DNA of 61,748 nucleotides, counting the filler, from Kipferlia bialata (lineage: Eukaryota), in assembly GCA_003568945.1 (NCBI GenBank). It is 3 parts of 3 records of this genome, joined end to end, with 100 filler letters (N's around TTAATTAATTAA, not from the genome) between each part and the next. Parts side by side here need not be neighbours in the genome. Positions count along the whole stretch, not along the records: positions 48,381 to 61,748 come from BDIP01000254.1; 2 more parts are not named here. One strand, given 5' to 3'. The stretch's first letter is position 1. Each line of letters begins with the position of its first letter. The notes under the pieces are model-generated. The model was not told the origin of the DNA. It saw only the letters and a list, made by a program, of their open reading frames with translations, and did not search any database. Made by a program: the position numbers and the translations under genes. Positions 58,607-61,748 of the stretch are shown one piece after another.

Positions 58607-61600
58607 CTAATGCTTCTTGAGGTCAGGGCTGGACCGTCTGTGTATGGTGGGTGATACCCCAAGTGCCAGCCTCCCCCTACCCCTCCCCTTGCCCATCTGT
58701 GCAGTGAGTGAGGAGGAGAGGGACGAGGGTGTGCCCCGCTTCTTGAGGCCACTTCCCATGACGGGTGACCCCAGGCCAAAGTCCCCACTGCTACCGTTCC
58801 TGTGCAGTGTCCTAGGTCTGAGGGCATCAGGGGACCCCATGGAGTCTGCTCTCCTCAGCGACCCCAGGGAGGACATGGTCCTGGTCATGCCCCGCTGGCC
58901 CCTGTCGCCACTGGATGATGTCCGGAACACAGCCTCGGGGGACATGCTACTGCCTGGGGTGGGGGAGTATGAAGGAAGAGTAATACATACCAATGGAGGA
59001 ATGAATACATGAACATATATACACTCCCTGCCATACCTGATGTTGATGAGTTTGGTATGCTGCGCAGAGACAGACTGGCGGACAGCTGCTGCTGGCGGGA
59101 CTTGGCACTGGATATGTAGACAGCCCTGGGCCTAGGGGGTCCCTCACTGTCAGAGGACGGCTCTAGAGATGACGTCTCCTCCAGCTCAGATGTGGACTCA
59201 AGCTCCACCGTAGCATTAGCCCCCTCGCCATCTGACTGTAGCGAGTGTGGGGAGTGGGGGGAGTGGGGTGTACCAGGGTCCATCACGCTGGTGCTCTCCT
59301 CGGGAGAGAAGGCCAGAGCTAACCCGTGCCTCTCCCCCCCTCTGTAGTGTGAGTGTCGGTCCTCGGAGTCCAGCCTAGACTCCCTCGACCCAGCACTGAC
59401 CCTCAGGTCATAACTGGGTAGGGCGAGGGCCTCGTGGCTCTCTCTCTCCTTCCTCTCCATCTCTCTCTTGGCCCTCTCAGCCTCTCTCTCCTCTTCCTCC
59501 TCCTGTGCAAAGTCAACTGGCACCAGCACAACGCTGGCCAGCTTCGTGTTGTGCCTAAACCTGTTGGCCAGTAACCGCGTAAGAAGCAGAAGTAAAAGCA
59601 GGCCAGCCGCAGTAGCAATTGCGACGTACACCCACCCACTGACAGTGTCCACAGGGACTATGAGAGAGAGAGAGAGGGTGCCCGGGACTGTCATGACACG
59701 GAGGTCAGGGTCAGAGAGGGTAACTGCCAGGGAGAGGGAGAGGGAAAGAGTGGCTGAGTATCCGCTGTCGGTGTGGGTGAGAGAGGTTGACAGGGAGGGT
59801 AGGGTCACGGCTGCCACAGGAACTGAGAGGGGTATGATGCAGAGCAGGGTGGAGCTGTCACTCTCACTCTCCTGGGACACGGTGAGAGAGGTAGTCTCAT
59901 AGGCACTCTCGGAGTAGAGGGTGAGGGCCACCCCACTGACCTCGGCACACCCAGTGGTGGCACTTCCCTGGATGTCCACATAGGGCACAACCAGGGATAG
60001 GGATAGTGACTCCCCTGTCTCCGTCACATACTCTGATGGGGCCAGAGAGAGACTCGCAGAGTGGGTCACGGAGGCCGGTTGGGTGTACGTATAGTCACCC
60101 GCAGACAGAGACAGACCGGAGCTGCCAGCAGCAATCTCTAATGAGGAGGTGAGTGACAGAGAGACAGGGCCTGTGGTCTCCCCCGCAGGCAGCCTGGTTA
60201 GTGCCTCTGGGGTACCACCTGAGTCTGCCTTGCTCACCATCAGATAGGGCACGGGGGAGACAAGTGCAGGGGAGAGAGAGAGGGAGAAGGCCTCGCTGGA
60301 GGGGCACACGGAGGAGTCAGCCATCCCGTGCACAAACCTGGGTGGGATATGGAGAGAGTGCATCGTTGTATGTTTATGTAGTGATATATATATCTATATA
60401 AATATTCATACCTGGACACTGTATCTGACAGAGCAGACAGGTACACTGAGAATGATGCCAGGTATGTCACAGGCACCCACTCTACAACAGTGTCTGTGGC
60501 AGTGGGGGATACGCCATAGGACACCCAGGAGACAGTGTCTGAGTGTCAGTGTGTATAGGGGTATAGCATATGATTATATATATGTATACGCATATACCCA
60601 CCTACTCCATCGAACCACGCCACCTCGTCTGGCAGGGCGTATAGGCTGGAGGGCAGGTCTCCAAAGGTGGTCTCCAGGGGTAGAGACAGGGCCGTGCCCC
60701 CAGAGAGCAGGGAGAGAGAGACGGGGATGTCCTGTGGGGTCCCATCTGAGTCGTCTCTCTCACTCTCACTCTCCACAGAGAGAGAGATGGAGGTGCCTGG
60801 AGAGTGAGTGGTATATTGGGACCGAGACTAAACTGTGAACTGTGTCCCTGACAGTGTATCCTGATATGTGACACATACCTGGCAGGGTGTATGAGTAGGA
60901 CAGGGCCAGAGCCAGGGGGGTCAGGGCCACAGGGAAGGAGGGCGAGTATAGTACAGGGGAGAACTCAGTGTCTGTGGAGAGAGAGAGAGAGACGCCGAGG
61001 GAGGGAGGTGCGTCCAGCTCGACCTGTCTCTCTATCACCAGAGTCACAGTCTGCCACTCAGACACTGATGTCACTAAGGTGAAGGCATCCCCTATAGACA
61101 CCTCCCTTGATGCGTTGCCGTCTCCCACTGCCCATCCTGTCTCGCCAGAGATGGAGGGGGAGAGAGTGAGGGAGAGAGAGACAGTGGCTGCGCTCTTACA
61201 CGTGTCCATGACCTGTATAGTGCTGCTATACGGAACAGTACCCGTGGTGCCTGTCCCTGCCTCACACACTGCAGACTGGCCATCCCCCCCTATGGTGCAC
61301 TCAGGGTCAGAGGCAGAGGGGTCTACTAGGGAGAAGGAGGGGGTGGTGTCTGGGGGTGAGAGGAAGGTAGACATAGAGACATATCCACACATGTCACAGT
61401 AAAACACACGTACCACATGCATCGCAGGGTGACGATAATGAATAGGTGGCAGCGAGGGACAGGGACACTGCGGTGGATCCCACCACCACTGGGAAGAGAG
61501 AGGAGACGTCGAAGTAGTCTGATGTCCTGGAGGGGGAGGCAGTGAGGGCCTGGGGTGAGGACTATCATAACCACGGATACATAATGAGAGAGAGTTAGAC

Positions 61601-61700
61601 CCCCCACCTTGGCCGGCACTATGACATCTATCAGGGTGTCTGAGGCAATGGCAGCCCCGTCATAGAGGGAGGAGAAGGAGAGACCAGAGGCGGTGCCTGG
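58607..61700 (-). CDS. Type I membrane protein (S/T/L-rich ectodomain, one TM helix, disordered cytoplasmic tail), 5' beyond window
   Basis: Multi-exon. TM WVYVAIATAAGLLLLLLLT followed by RLLANRFRH. Stop TAG at 58607. Confidence 0.7.
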
Positions 61701-61748
61701 ATGTGAAAAGAGGGGGGGGGGGGGGGGAACCAGAGAAAACGCTTTTTT

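Noticed and set aside
1..61748. tRNA, rRNA or transposon genes
   Set aside because: None recognisable by eye; covariance-model and repeat searches were not possible.

Overview
Intron-rich eukaryotic (protist) DNA. Introns are mostly 60-120 nt GT-AG, with the branch point fused to the acceptor (CTVACCCCCAG-like). This style is metamonad-like and most consistent with a free-living fornicate such as Kipferlia bialata (inference, not verified). Two 100-nt N/TTAATTAATTAA linkers (24102-24201, 48281-48380) show that the window is three concatenated scaffolds. I spliced the exons by hand. Scaffold 1: katanin p80, a secreted bacterial-type endonuclease I, a 59-aa orphan, a CCDC81-like gene, a NIF3/YqfO-like small protein, clathrin heavy chain, a MATE-like transporter, cofilin, a divergent Eco1 and an Spc25-like RWD exon. 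Scaffold 2: an LRR-like gene, a membrane hybrid histidine kinase with Ser in place of the phospho-His, a RING protein, a REP/GDI and a GlpA-like FAD oxidoreductase. Scaffold 3: an intronless >3270-aa beta-fibre-like protein and a type I membrane protein. Three observations stand out: (1) intronic copies of exon ends with their splice sites differ from the real exon almost only at synonymous positions, in four genes; (2) the hybrid His-pseudokinase; (3) the giant tail-fibre-like protein. Exon models are manual and the boundaries of long genes are approximate.
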